DNA from: Microbacteriaceae bacterium
GTDB lineage: Bacteria > Actinomycetota > Actinomycetes > Actinomycetales > Microbacteriaceae
Assembly (NCBI GenBank): GCA_027487865.1
Contig: JAIYCT010000002.1
Location: 91,038-155,037, forward strand
DNA length: 64,000 nt
Direction: 5' to 3'
In this document: positions 1 to 8,682 of the stretch, piece by piece
Layout of the letters: each line of letters starts with the position of its first letter
How positions within the stretch are numbered: the first letter of the stretch is position 1
Notes under the pieces: model-generated
The model's database searches: none
Seen by the model: only the letters and a program-made list of their open reading frames with translations
What the model was told of the DNA's origin: nothing
Program-made: the position numbers and the translations under genes

Positions 1-4
1 GGCC

Positions 5-562
5 GTGCTAATCGTTGCCGTCTGGGGTTGGATCGCTTTCGCTAACCCATTTGGACCTGCCGCGCCAAGCCCTGTTACTCCTGCCATGAGCGAGTCGGCC
101 ACAGTGTCGGCTGAGGCAATAGCACCAGCGGCTGGCGATGCGCCAGTCTGCCAGCCGGGCGTGGTTCAGGTTGAGGTCATGATCGGTAATGAGACTGAAA
201 CTCTCAACACCTTCGGTGCTGATGAGCAGCCAATGATTTGGTATTCGATTGTCAACACCGGCTTGGAAGACTGCAAGTTCAACGTTGGCTTGCGCGGCAC
301 CTTCTTCACCATTACTTCTGGAGACCAGACCTATTGGTCCTCCAAGCAGTGTCTTCGTGATGGTCTAACAGACTCCGATGTCGTTTTGCCAGCGAACCAG
401 GCATTCTCTGCTCAGAAGGGGCCGTGGGAAAAGGTTTACTCTTCTGAAAATGGCTGTAATGCGGAGACTAATGACCTGGTCCCAACCGGCGGTGCAACCT
501 ACAAAATCAAGGTTGAAGTCAACGGCGTTATCTCAGATGAGAAGTCCTTCATCCTCAACTAA
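5..562 (+). CDS. membrane-anchored extracytoplasmic protein of unknown function (frame is open to the window start, so the N-terminus may lie upstream)
   Basis: 185-aa ORF with an N-terminal hydrophobic helix (LIVAVWGWIAF), a Pro/Ala linker and a Cys-containing beta-rich domain. Codon usage looks coding. It overlaps the radA 3' end by 8 nt (convergent). Confidence 0.5.
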   Translation: MLIVAVWGWIAFANPFGPAAPSPVTPAMSESATVSAEAIAPAAGDAPVCQPGVVQVEVMIGNETETLNTFGADEQPMIWYSIVNTGLEDCKFNVGLRGTFFTITSGDQTYWSSKQCLRDGLTDSDVVLPANQAFSAQKGPWEKVYSSENGCNAETNDLVPTGGATYKIKVEVNGVISDEKSFILN

Positions 563-1865
563 TTGCTTGGTTGATTGCAGCTTTGACCAGCTGACCCTTT
601 TCACCGATCACCGTGGCATGTCCAAGACGCTGGGCTTCTTGGTTGCGTTGTGACCCATTGGTGACACCTCTGATTTCGCCAGCTAGTGAGATCTCACCAA
701 AGGCGGCTACCTGGTGGCTAACTGGCTTGTCTTTCACTGCTGATGCAATCGCGATCGCAATAGCTAAATCTGCAGCCGGTTCAGTGATCTTCATTCCACC
801 GACGGTTGAAACATAAACATCTTTGTCTGATACCGAGATGCCTGCTCTTCTTTCTAGCACCGCCAGAATCATGGCGACTCTCGATGCATCGACGCCATTG
901 GTGACTCTTCTAGGCTGCGGCGAGGTGGAGTGAACAACCAAGGCCTGTATCTCTGCGATGAGCGCGCGCTTGCCCTCAACTGTGACGGTGATGCAGGTGC
1001 CGGAGACCGGGTTTAGGGAACCGGAAACAAACAGCGCGCTTGGGTCCGGGACCTCCAAGATTCCCTCGCCGGTTAGCTCGAAGCAGCCGACCTCATCGGT
1101 TGGACCAAAGCGGTTCTTTAGGGTTCTTATAAAGCGCAGTGAGGTCTGTCGATCACCCTCGAAGTGGCAGACCACATCTACTAGGTGCTCAAGAGTTCTA
1201 GGACCGGCAATCGAGCCATCCTTGGTGACGTGCCCGACTAGAAGCAGTGGAATCCCATTTTGCTTTGCGGTGCGAATGAGGTTCGCTGCAACCTCGCGAA
1301 CCTGAGCCGGCATACCCGCAACACCATCGATATCGCTAGAAGCAACGGTCTGAACCGAGTCAACAATAAACAGTTCTGGCCGAATCGCTTCAACCTGACC
1401 GAGCACAGTTGCCAAGTCAGTTTCGGCAGCAAGGTAGAGATTTGGGGTGAGTGCGTTGGTTCGCTGGGCGCGCAGTTTTACCTGCGAGGCAGATTCTTCA
1501 GCGGACACATAGAGCACCTTCTTGCCTTGCTTGGCAAGACGAGATGCGACCTCAAGCAGCAGGGTGGACTTACCAACACCAGGTTCACCGGATAGCAAAA
1601 TCGCAGCCCCCGGAACCAAGCCACCGCCCAGGACGCGGTCAAATTCTCCGACCATGGTTGGTTGGCTTTGGCTTTCGCCGGTTTCGATCTCAGTGATGGG
1701 CCTAGCGGCTTGCGACTCGTTGAGTTTTATTGCACGGACCTCTTTGGTTGTGCCGCTGGTTTCATCGAGGCTGCCCCAGGCCTGGCACTCACCACATCGA
1801 CCCGCCCACTTGACGGTGGTCCAGCCACACTCTGAACACTTGAATTCGCTTTTTTGCTTAGCCAC
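555..1865 (-). CDS. radA: DNA repair protein RadA/Sms
   Basis: 436 aa with an N-terminal zinc finger (CSECGWTTVKWAGRCGEC), Walker A (GEPGVGKST), a KNRFG motif (LKNRFGPTDE) and a Lon-like C-terminal domain. Confidence 0.95.
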   Translation of the reverse strand: MAKQKSEFKCSECGWTTVKWAGRCGECQAWGSLDETSGTTKEVRAIKLNESQAARPITEIETGESQSQPTMVGEFDRVLGGGLVPGAAILLSGEPGVGKSTLLLEVASRLAKQGKKVLYVSAEESASQVKLRAQRTNALTPNLYLAAETDLATVLGQVEAIRPELFIVDSVQTVASSDIDGVAGMPAQVREVAANLIRTAKQNGIPLLLVGHVTKDGSIAGPRTLEHLVDVVCHFEGDRQTSLRFIRTLKNRFGPTDEVGCFELTGEGILEVPDPSALFVSGSLNPVSGTCITVTVEGKRALIAEIQALVVHSTSPQPRRVTNGVDASRVAMILAVLERRAGISVSDKDVYVSTVGGMKITEPAADLAIAIAIASAVKDKPVSHQVAAFGEISLAGEIRGVTNGSQRNQEAQRLGHATVIGEKGQLVKAAINQAIS

Positions 1866-1932
1866 GAATGAAACCTAACTCACACCTAGGACACCTAAAC
1901 TCTTCAAACGCACTGGTGTTGAAAGTTGAGAC

Positions 1933-2649
1933 GTGACAAAGAACCATAAGTACGAGTTTTGGCTGGTTTTGATGCTGTCCCTGGGAGCATCAGCTATCTG
2001 GTCAACCATCTCGCTCTTGCGCAAGCTTGCCCAAGAAGGCGGGCTTGCGAAGGCAACCGCAACCCTGAATAGACCACTTGCTGAAATAGCTTGGCTAGAC
2101 CTTGTGAGTCAAATTGCGAGTATCGCTCTGGCTCTGGTTCCAGTTCTACTGGCGATCTATTTTTTGAATCAGGACGGCATAAGCCTTGGGCTGAAACCTA
2201 AATGGTCAGACCTTAGACAGGTTGTGCTGGTTGCGGCTGGTGTTGGAATACCGGGAATTGGTTTGTATTTCCTTGCGCTCGAACTTGGCTTGACTGCAAG
2301 GGTAATTCCCAGCGCCCTTGGTGATAACTGGTGGACCATCCCGGTTCTTTTGCTTGCTGCGCTAAAGGCGGGGCTGCTTGAAGAAGTAATCGCCGTTGGT
2401 TTCTTTATGACCAAGCTCTCCAGGTGGAAGCCAGAGGTTTCGATCTGGGGGCTGATCGTGCTCTCGGCATTGTTTAGGGCGAGCTATCACTCCTACCAAG
2501 GCTTCTCGGCATTCGTTGGAAACTTTGTAATGGGCTTGGTTTTTGCCTTCTGGTTCCACAAAACAAAGCGTGTAGCACCGTTGGTGTTGGCGCACTTTTT
2601 GATGGATGCTGTTGTCTTTATTGGCTACCCACTGGTGTTTGGCTCATAG
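1933..2649 (+). CDS. CPBP (CAAX) family intramembrane metalloprotease
   Basis: 238-aa polytopic protein with LLEEVIAVGFF (EExxxR-type), FRASYH and HFLMDAV motifs typical of the family. Confidence 0.8.
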   Translation: MTKNHKYEFWLVLMLSLGASAIWSTISLLRKLAQEGGLAKATATLNRPLAEIAWLDLVSQIASIALALVPVLLAIYFLNQDGISLGLKPKWSDLRQVVLVAAGVGIPGIGLYFLALELGLTARVIPSALGDNWWTIPVLLLAALKAGLLEEVIAVGFFMTKLSRWKPEVSIWGLIVLSALFRASYHSYQGFSAFVGNFVMGLVFAFWFHKTKRVAPLVLAHFLMDAVVFIGYPLVFGS

Positions 2650-2652
2650 GAT

Positions 2653-3483
2653 TTGAAAATGGACAATCTTCGCATTGCATTTATCGGTAGCGGCTCAATG
2701 GGCTCAGCCGTTCTCGATGGCCTAATAGCCGCTGGTCACCCAAAACCATTGATCTCTGCCACCACAAGGACCGAGTCGAAGGCTAAGGCCCTGCGCGATC
2801 GTGGAGTTAGTGCTCTGGCCGGCGAAACCTCACCGGATGCCAATGCGCTTATGGCGGGCGATGCAGATGTAATTGTGCTTGGCGTAAAGCCCTACCAAAT
2901 TGTTGATGTCCTAACTGAGCTCAAAGGCGAGATTGGTAAGAACGTTGTCGTTATCTCGATGGCTGCCGGCATCAAACTTGCCACCATGGCAGCGGTGCTG
3001 GATGAGAACCCAAACCTGATTCGCACCATGCCAAATACCCCAGCGCTGGTTGGTAAGGGCGTAACTGGTCTGGCCTCTGCGGCATCTGCATCGCCTGAAG
3101 CGATTGCTGCTGCCAAGGCTTTGTTTGAGGCAGTTGGCTCGGTGGTAGTGATTCCAGAGGAAAAGATTGACGCGCTGAGTGCAGTCTCTGGTTCAGGTCC
3201 AGCCTGGGTTTACTACATCATCGAGCAGTGGGAGAAGGTTGCAATCTCCGAGGGCTTTAGCGAGGCAGATGCCAAACTCATGGTCCGCCAAACTCTTGCC
3301 GGTTCGGTCGAATTGCTTGCGAACTCAGGTGAGGAACCAAGAGAACTGCGCCGCAAGGTAACTAGCCCCGGCGGCACCACCGAGCGGATTATTGCAACGC
3401 TAGACGAGGCAGATCTTCAGGGCATTTTCTCGCGGTCACTAAAAGCAGCGGTTGCAAGGGCTGGGGAAATCGCAAACTCTTGA
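2653..3483 (+). CDS. proC: pyrroline-5-carboxylate reductase
   Basis: 276 aa with a Rossmann N-terminus (IAFIGSGSMG) and the MPNTPALVGKG and VTSPGGTTE signatures. Confidence 0.9.
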   Translation: MKMDNLRIAFIGSGSMGSAVLDGLIAAGHPKPLISATTRTESKAKALRDRGVSALAGETSPDANALMAGDADVIVLGVKPYQIVDVLTELKGEIGKNVVVISMAAGIKLATMAAVLDENPNLIRTMPNTPALVGKGVTGLASAASASPEAIAAAKALFEAVGSVVVIPEEKIDALSAVSGSGPAWVYYIIEQWEKVAISEGFSEADAKLMVRQTLAGSVELLANSGEEPRELRRKVTSPGGTTERIIATLDEADLQGIFSRSLKAAVARAGEIANS

Positions 3484-3505
3484 AATTCATGGATAGTCTT
3501 ATTGC

Positions 3506-4114
3506 ATGGCAGACATCTTTGAAGCAATTGCAGATCCAACTAGACGCGTGCTGCTTGAGACGCTTCTAGATTCTCACCTCACCGGTGGTAGCGGGGAACT
3601 AACCGTGACCGAACTGGTTGAGCGCACCAAGTTGGGCCAACCAACCGTATCCAAGCACCTGAAGACTCTTCGTGAGGTCGGCCTGGTTGCTGCCCGCGAA
3701 GAAGGCCAGAAGCGTTTCTACTCGGTGGTTCCAGAACCACTTGAGGAGATCGAAGACTGGATGATCAACTTCCTATCCCTTGGCTTCGACGCTGAAGCCG
3801 AAGAGGGCGATGAGCTTTCCCAAGCCCTGGGAGATGCTGGCGAGAAGCTGGGCCACTGGCTAACCGAGAAGGCCGGCTGGTTGGGCGAGCAGCTCAAGAC
3901 CAAGGTCGACGAACTAGACATCGATGTTGACGCTAAGGACCTCGGTCACCGCCTAGGTCGCAAGCTAGCGGACGCAAAGGTTGAAGCCGCTAGAAGCGCC
4001 AAAGACTTTGAGAAGATTGCCCGCGACAAGGTCGATGAGGTAGTTGACGAGGTCAAGGCTGAGGCCAAGCACTTCGCATCCGAGGTCAAGTCCAAGGTTA
4101 GGCGCACCAAATGA
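3506..4114 (+). CDS. ArsR/SmtB-family winged-helix transcriptional regulator with a long charged C-terminal tail
   Basis: 202 aa. N-terminal IADPTRRVLLETLL...VTELVERTKLGQPTVSKHLKTLREVGLV matches the ArsR HTH. The C-terminal half is Lys/Glu/Asp-rich and looks coiled. Confidence 0.8.
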   Translation: MADIFEAIADPTRRVLLETLLDSHLTGGSGELTVTELVERTKLGQPTVSKHLKTLREVGLVAAREEGQKRFYSVVPEPLEEIEDWMINFLSLGFDAEAEEGDELSQALGDAGEKLGHWLTEKAGWLGEQLKTKVDELDIDVDAKDLGHRLGRKLADAKVEAARSAKDFEKIARDKVDEVVDEVKAEAKHFASEVKSKVRRTK

Positions 4115-4392
4115 GCGAAGATCAAGACATTAGAAACTTCGCGCGCAAGCGTCTAAAGAAGCAGCAGGACTTCAAGCAATACCTCGGCGTTTGGGTCGGC
4201 GTGAGCATCCTGTGCACTGGAATTTGGTTTCTGACCAGCCCAGGTAGCTCCTTCTGGCCAATCTGGGTCATGTTTGGCATGGGAGTCGGAGCGCTGTTTG
4301 CCGCAATCGATGCGTACGGACCAGGTCAGAAAAAGGTAATTACCGAATCTGATGTTGATGCAGAGGTTGAGCGCCTGAGACGTAAGGGCTAA
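4111..4392 (+). CDS. 2TM-domain small membrane protein
   Basis: 93 aa with a basic N-terminus (RKRLKKQQDFKQY) followed by two hydrophobic helices. Its start overlaps the arsR-family gene stop (ATGA overlap). Confidence 0.6.
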   Translation: MSEDQDIRNFARKRLKKQQDFKQYLGVWVGVSILCTGIWFLTSPGSSFWPIWVMFGMGVGALFAAIDAYGPGQKKVITESDVDAEVERLRRKG

Positions 4393-4442
4393 ACTTACAA
4401 GGTTGTCCAATCGGACAGTAACAAAAGTTTTGTGAGGTCTTC

Positions 4443-4541
4443 GTGGGTTCAATTATCAAGAAGCGCCGCAAGCGTATGTCTAAGAAGAAGCACCGTAAGC
4501 TCCTTCGCAAGACCCGCCACCAGCGTCGCAACAAGAAGTAA
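4443..4541 (+). CDS. 30S ribosomal protein bS22 (actinobacterial 32-aa basic peptide; not in the ORF track)
   Basis: GTG-started 32-codon ORF encoding MGSIIKKRRKRMSKKKHRKLLRKTRHQRRNKK. It is near-identical in pattern to mycobacterial bS22 (the Rv0500B-type peptide) and sits downstream of proC as in mycobacteria. An intrinsic terminator follows it. Confidence 0.85.
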   Translation: MGSIIKKRRKRMSKKKHRKLLRKTRHQRRNKK

Positions 4542-4552
4542 ATCTTCTCTAA

Positions 4553-4577
4553 AACCCGCCTCCGGGCGGGTTTTTTA
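4553..4577 (+). terminator. rho-independent terminator after the bS22 gene
   Basis: Stem CCCGCC (4555-4560) / GGCGGG (4565-4570), 4-nt loop, then TTTTTT (4571-4576). Confidence 0.75.
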
Positions 4578-4593
4578 TTGGCAGGATTGCTCC

Positions 4594-5148
4594 ATGACGA
4601 TTCAGGCAGACGAGATTTCCTTTAGCTCGCGCGCCGATCTGCGACGTTGGTTAGCAGAGAACCACCAGCGGCCCAAAGGCATTTGGGCTATCTTTCACAA
4701 GCAGTCAACAGGCCTGAGTGATCTCAGCTGGGATGCCCTTGTTGAAGAGTGCCTATGCTTCGGTTGGATTGACAGCGTGCCCGGCAAGGTCGATGATCTG
4801 AGGACCAAGATCTACATTTCACCTCGCAAACCAGGCTCCGGTTGGTCCGCCAGAAACAAAGCAAAGATCATTGAATTGCAAGCGTTGGGGCTAATTGAAG
4901 AACCAGGCATGCAGGCAATCGAGCGGGCAAAGAGTTCTGGTTCGTGGACATTGTTTGACCTCGCCGAAGCTCAGGTTGTGCCTGAGGTAATTAGCGCCGT
5001 ATTCGCTTCTAATAGCGAGCTAGCAGAGGCCTGGGGTCTGCTAACCGATGCTCAGCGCAAAGCAAAACTTCAGAATTTCTATTTGGCGAAAAGCGATGCA
5101 ACTAAAGAGAAAAGGGTCGCAGAAATCATTGCCGCGCTAAAGAGTTAG
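4594..5148 (+). CDS. YdeI/OmpD-associated family protein
   Basis: The ORF 4432-5148 is trimmed to ATG 4594 (MTIQADEISF...), because the upstream part overlaps bS22 and its terminator. The LRRWLAENHQ...GWIDSV...GSGWSARNK pattern resembles the YdeI family. Confidence 0.7.
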   Translation: MTIQADEISFSSRADLRRWLAENHQRPKGIWAIFHKQSTGLSDLSWDALVEECLCFGWIDSVPGKVDDLRTKIYISPRKPGSGWSARNKAKIIELQALGLIEEPGMQAIERAKSSGSWTLFDLAEAQVVPEVISAVFASNSELAEAWGLLTDAQRKAKLQNFYLAKSDATKEKRVAEIIAALKS

Positions 5149-5858
5149 GAATTGGCCTTTAGCTCTTTTTTCTTGAACTGGAGGATCGACCAACCAGCTG
5201 CTTCGGCGTAGCGCTTGAGGACCTTGTCTGGGTTTACCGCAACCGCGTGACCAACCAGGGTCAAAAGCGGTAGGTCATTCACAGAGTCCGAGTAAGCGAA
5301 AGAGCGCTTGAGCGAAATGCCACGTTCTTTAGCTAGTCGCTTGGCTGCCTTGCGCTTGGCTTTGCCGTGAAGCGGCTCTCCCACTAGCTCACCGGTTAGC
5401 ACATCACCGTCGTGGGCAACAATGGTTCCGAGGGCTCCAGTTGCACCAAGGGCATCAGCAATCTTCTGAACTAGATCAACCGGTGCTGCCGAGATCAGCC
5501 AAACCTCTCGGCCTTTTGCAAGGTGACCCTTTAGGGCTGCTACAGCCTCCGGCCAAAGTCTTGGCTGAATCTCGGATTCGTACACCGTGTCAATCAGTTC
5601 GCGAAGTTCCGCAATTGGGTGACCCTTGGTCAGCTGTAATGCTCGATCTTTGAAGTCCGCCATCTTGGAGTTCTTCTCGCCCCTGCGGATAAACATGACC
5701 TGCTCAAACATAAAGCGCCAGATGTCGCGGCGTTTGATCGCGCCACCTGCGAAGGCAACCTTGCCAAAAAGGATTGAGGTTGAGCCACGAACCAGGGTGT
5801 TGTCGACGTCGAAGAACGCAGCCTCGATCTTGGGCTTTATTTCCTGGGGCTCTAGCAC
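5145..5858 (-). CDS. HAD-IB family hydrolase (SerB-like)
   Basis: 237 aa with HAD motif I (FFDVDNTLV) and a C-terminal YSDSVNDLPLL motif. Confidence 0.8.
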   Translation of the reverse strand: MLEPQEIKPKIEAAFFDVDNTLVRGSTSILFGKVAFAGGAIKRRDIWRFMFEQVMFIRRGEKNSKMADFKDRALQLTKGHPIAELRELIDTVYESEIQPRLWPEAVAALKGHLAKGREVWLISAAPVDLVQKIADALGATGALGTIVAHDGDVLTGELVGEPLHGKAKRKAAKRLAKERGISLKRSFAYSDSVNDLPLLTLVGHAVAVNPDKVLKRYAEAAGWSILQFKKKELKANS

Positions 5859-5901
5859 CGGCTTAGTCTAATCAGCTAAGGCAAACACTTAGGCTTGTGA
5901 C

Positions 5902-6171
5902 GTGCCAGAACAAATTCACCTCACCTTGATTGTGCGCCAGGGCTGCCACCTCTGCGAGGTCGCAGAGAATGACCTGGCGAGGGTTTTGGGCCGTTTCAGC
6001 GCAGAGCATCCAGACACTGGCTTTCAGGTGGAGCTAGTAGAGATTGACTCGAGGCCTGAGTTTGAGAAATACACCGACGATATTCCGGTGTTGCTAATCA
6101 ATGACAAGCAGGTAGCATTTTGGCGAATCGATGAAGACCGAGTGTTTGAACAGCTGAGGAAACTGGCATGA
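5902..6171 (+). CDS. glutaredoxin-like (DUF836-type) thioredoxin-fold protein
   Basis: 89 aa, GTG start, CHLC redox motif near the N-terminus. Confidence 0.65.
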   Translation: MPEQIHLTLIVRQGCHLCEVAENDLARVLGRFSAEHPDTGFQVELVEIDSRPEFEKYTDDIPVLLINDKQVAFWRIDEDRVFEQLRKLA

Positions 6172-6299
6172 GAAAAGTTGTTTTCTGGATTATCAAGAAC
6201 TTTTGGTTCCCGATTTTGGTGGCGATCCTGGGATCACTTGCCAAGAAGCACACTTGGGCAGCCAAAGCCCACGTTGCTGTCAAAAAACTTCCAATGTAG
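6168..6299 (+). CDS. possible 43-aa small membrane protein (not in the ORF track)
   Basis: The ATG overlaps the upstream stop (ATGA). It encodes MRKVVFWIIKNFWFPILVAILGSLAKKHTWAAKAHVAVKKLPM, one TM helix plus a basic tail. No homology evidence. Confidence 0.3.
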   Translation: MRKVVFWIIKNFWFPILVAILGSLAKKHTWAAKAHVAVKKLPM

Positions 6300-6318
6300 T
6301 TGTTGCATTATTACTACA

Positions 6319-6332
6319 TAGCATTTATGCTA
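6319..6332. promoter_or_regulatory. palindrome TAGCAT-TT-ATGCTA just upstream of the XRE regulator gene (candidate auto-operator)
   Basis: 6-bp inverted arms with a 2-bp spacer, flanked by direct CTACATA repeats, ending 6 nt before ATG 6338. Confidence 0.3.
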
Positions 6333-6337
6333 CATAC

Positions 6338-6574
6338 ATGGGTCGTAAACCAAAGTCTGAAGAAGAGCGGGTAGCTAACCGCATCGAAGAACTGCGCACC
6401 CTATCCGGACTGACTCGGCAAGAGCTCGCCGAGCAGGTCGGAGTTCACTATCAAACCATCGGTTACATTGAGCGAGGCGAGTACTCACCTTCTCTGGTGT
6501 TGGCACTTCGCATTGCCTCAGTTTTAGAAGTCAAGGTCGAAGGGATCTTTTGGCTGGATGAGGAACAAGCATGA
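6338..6574 (+). CDS. XRE-family helix-turn-helix transcriptional regulator
   Basis: The ORF 6203-6574 is trimmed to ATG 6338 (78 aa). The HTH is LSGLTRQELAEQVGVHYQTIGYIERGEYSPSL. Confidence 0.8.
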   Translation: MGRKPKSEEERVANRIEELRTLSGLTRQELAEQVGVHYQTIGYIERGEYSPSLVLALRIASVLEVKVEGIFWLDEEQA

Positions 6575-7428
6575 ATGAGCTTTTAGTTGTTTTCTATCTT
6601 TTGGCAACTCTGGCGGTTGCCTATCTCTGGTTCTATCCAATAGTCATTGGCAATAACGTCAAGCGAATGATGTGGATGGACATCGTGGTCACCGGTATTC
6701 CGGTCGCCATATCCGCAATCCTGTTTTGGGAATCCGACCCGGTCTTCAGTCTCTTTGGCTGGGAGTTGAACTGGTTTTTCTTCACTGTCCTGGTGATGTT
6801 CGCGATTGAGCTGCCGATTTTCCTGCTGTATTTGAAGGCCCGCGGTCTAAGCGCCGAGTATTGGGCGGCAGTGGGAATGGCGCCCAAGGGATCCGCCGAC
6901 GCCGGTTGGTCCACCGCCTCGGTAAAGGAAGTTGAAAAGCAGCTCAACGACACAAAGTGGGATGGCCTTAGGACTCCGGGAGCCAAGCGATTCTTGCTGA
7001 TCGGTTCGAACGTTGTGATCATCGCAGGCACCGGCTTCCTATTCTCGGCTGGAGACAACGCCTGGTCTGCCTTCTCGCTAATTCAAATCCTGCTCACCTT
7101 TGTCTGCTGGTTCCTGCTTCGTCAGTCAGTGCGCCTGGTGGCGGATGCGCCAGAGGAAGCTCTGGATGAGCGCATGATTCGTCAGCGCGACCGCAGCTAC
7201 CTGGTTGCCTATCGCTGGCTGGCATCCATCGGAGCCACCTTGGTCACAGCCTTGATGGTTTATGCTGTGTTCACAGATGCCCAGACCAACTCGGATGGTT
7301 TCAACTACCAGCTCGCATTCACCTGGCCTCAGGTTCAGGCTCTGTTCTGGCTGGTTTTGGGCTACTCGTTCATGCTGCCTTCGATGGCCATGATCTCGCT
7401 GGAACTCAAAAAGCGTAAGAAGGTCTAG
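6571..7428 (+). CDS. polytopic membrane protein of unknown function, translationally coupled to the XRE regulator
   Basis: 285 aa with several hydrophobic helices. Its start overlaps the XRE gene stop (ATGA). Confidence 0.6.
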   Translation: MNELLVVFYLLATLAVAYLWFYPIVIGNNVKRMMWMDIVVTGIPVAISAILFWESDPVFSLFGWELNWFFFTVLVMFAIELPIFLLYLKARGLSAEYWAAVGMAPKGSADAGWSTASVKEVEKQLNDTKWDGLRTPGAKRFLLIGSNVVIIAGTGFLFSAGDNAWSAFSLIQILLTFVCWFLLRQSVRLVADAPEEALDERMIRQRDRSYLVAYRWLASIGATLVTALMVYAVFTDAQTNSDGFNYQLAFTWPQVQALFWLVLGYSFMLPSMAMISLELKKRKKV

Positions 7429-7430
7429 CC

Positions 7431-7538
7431 ATGCCACTAGAAATTTGGATCGCAATTCTTGGCGGCTTGGGTGTGATCATCTTTAGCACCCTGGCAACTG
7501 GAAAGAAGGGGAAAGATGACGACGAAACAAAGGGATAG
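7431..7538 (+). CDS. possible 35-aa single-TM peptide (not in the ORF track)
   Basis: The ATG lies 2 nt after the upstream stop. It encodes MPLEIWIAILGGLGVIIFSTLATGKKGKDDDETKG and overlaps the start of the next gene by 23 nt. No homology evidence. Confidence 0.25.
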   Translation: MPLEIWIAILGGLGVIIFSTLATGKKGKDDDETKG

Positions 7539-8682
7539 CTTTCCCGACATTCTGAGAGGCTTCGCGCTCTTCGGAATTGCGATGGTGAACATTCAGTTCT
7601 TCTCGATCAGCACATTCAATGGGGCTGAATCTCTTGATTTATCGCAGCCTGAAAACGGCACTGTGGCATTCATTATTTGGTCGCTGTTCCAGGCCAAGTT
7701 CTACCTGCTGTTCTCGTTCCTCTTTGGCTACTCGGCCCACTACGTGATCAAGTCTGACAAGAGCAACCGTGGCCGCTGGATCGGTCGCTCAATTGGCCTG
7801 CTACTGCTGGGTGCTATCCACCTGAGCTTCTTCTTCCACGGTGACATTCTGTTCCTGTACGGAGCACTCGGTCTTTTGCTGACCGCCTTCTACTTCCGCA
7901 GCGACAAGGCGCTAAAGGTCTGGGCCTGGCTGATCTATGTAGTTACCGCAGTGCTCTTTGCGGCTTTGGCGCTACTCACTTTCGCTGGGGAATTCTTCTT
8001 GGCCTCCAAGGGCAAGAGTTTGCCGGCCGATCTCTACAACGATGTCTTGGACGTTGCACTGAAAAACGGAGGCTTCTTTGAGATTGCGGCGGCCAGAGTG
8101 GAGCTTTGGCTATCGCTGGCTGGACAAGCATTCTTACTCCAGGGACCCTTGGTCTTTGCCGCCTTCTTAGTCGGCGTGCTGGTGGCTAGGAGGGACGGAT
8201 TGGCCGCCAATCTGTCTCCGAGGTTGATGAAACGTTTTGCCGTCTGGGGTCTAACCCTGGGACTTGGCATCCAGCTTGCTGCTGCCTACATGTTTGTTCA
8301 GAGCACGCAGCTTGAAAGCTATGGACTGGGCCTATACCTGAGTGCCATCGCACTCAACTTCCTAGGTGCTCCACTGATGTCGGCTGGTTTGGTTGGTGGA
8401 CTGTGGCTGATCTCGCGAAGATTCAAGCTCTCTTTGCTGAGCGCTGCTGGCAGGCACTCACTCAGCGTCTACCTTGGTCAGTCCTTAGTGTTCTCCACTC
8501 TGTTCTCGGCCTGGGGATTTGGGCTGTTCGCAGAGGTCTCGCTGCTGGGAGTGGTGCTCATTGCTGCAGCAACCTGGCTTGCACTAGCGCTTTTGGCGCA
8601 GCTGAATACCCGCTACAACTCCAAGGGCCCCATGGAGGCTCTGCTCTCGAACTTCAGCAAGCTATTTGATAGGAAGTCATGA
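7516..8682 (+). CDS. DUF418 (YeiB-like) membrane protein
   Basis: 388-aa polytopic protein. The N-terminal DILRGFALFGIAMVN is typical of the DUF418/YeiB family. Confidence 0.75.
   Translation: MTTKQRDSFPDILRGFALFGIAMVNIQFFSISTFNGAESLDLSQPENGTVAFIIWSLFQAKFYLLFSFLFGYSAHYVIKSDKSNRGRWIGRSIGLLLLGAIHLSFFFHGDILFLYGALGLLLTAFYFRSDKALKVWAWLIYVVTAVLFAALALLTFAGEFFLASKGKSLPADLYNDVLDVALKNGGFFEIAAARVELWLSLAGQAFLLQGPLVFAAFLVGVLVARRDGLAANLSPRLMKRFAVWGLTLGLGIQLAAAYMFVQSTQLESYGLGLYLSAIALNFLGAPLMSAGLVGGLWLISRRFKLSLLSAAGRHSLSVYLGQSLVFSTLFSAWGFGLFAEVSLLGVVLIAAATWLALALLAQLNTRYNSKGPMEALLSNFSKLFDRKS

Noticed and set aside
378-1878. Several plus-strand ORFs of 60-118 aa overlapping radA (378-653, 613-816, 958-1305, 1260-1595, 1451-1696, 1522-1878).
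   Set aside because: They are antisense shadows of a strongly supported radA gene, with low-complexity Arg/Ser/Pro-rich translations.
4432-4593. The 5' extension of the track ORF 4432-5148.
   Set aside because: It overlaps the bS22 gene (in a different frame) and runs through an intrinsic terminator. The family-typical protein begins at ATG 4594.
6203-6337. The 5' extension of the XRE regulator ORF.
   Set aside because: It runs through the candidate micro-ORF and the AT-rich promoter/operator region. The HTH protein starts sensibly at ATG 6338.
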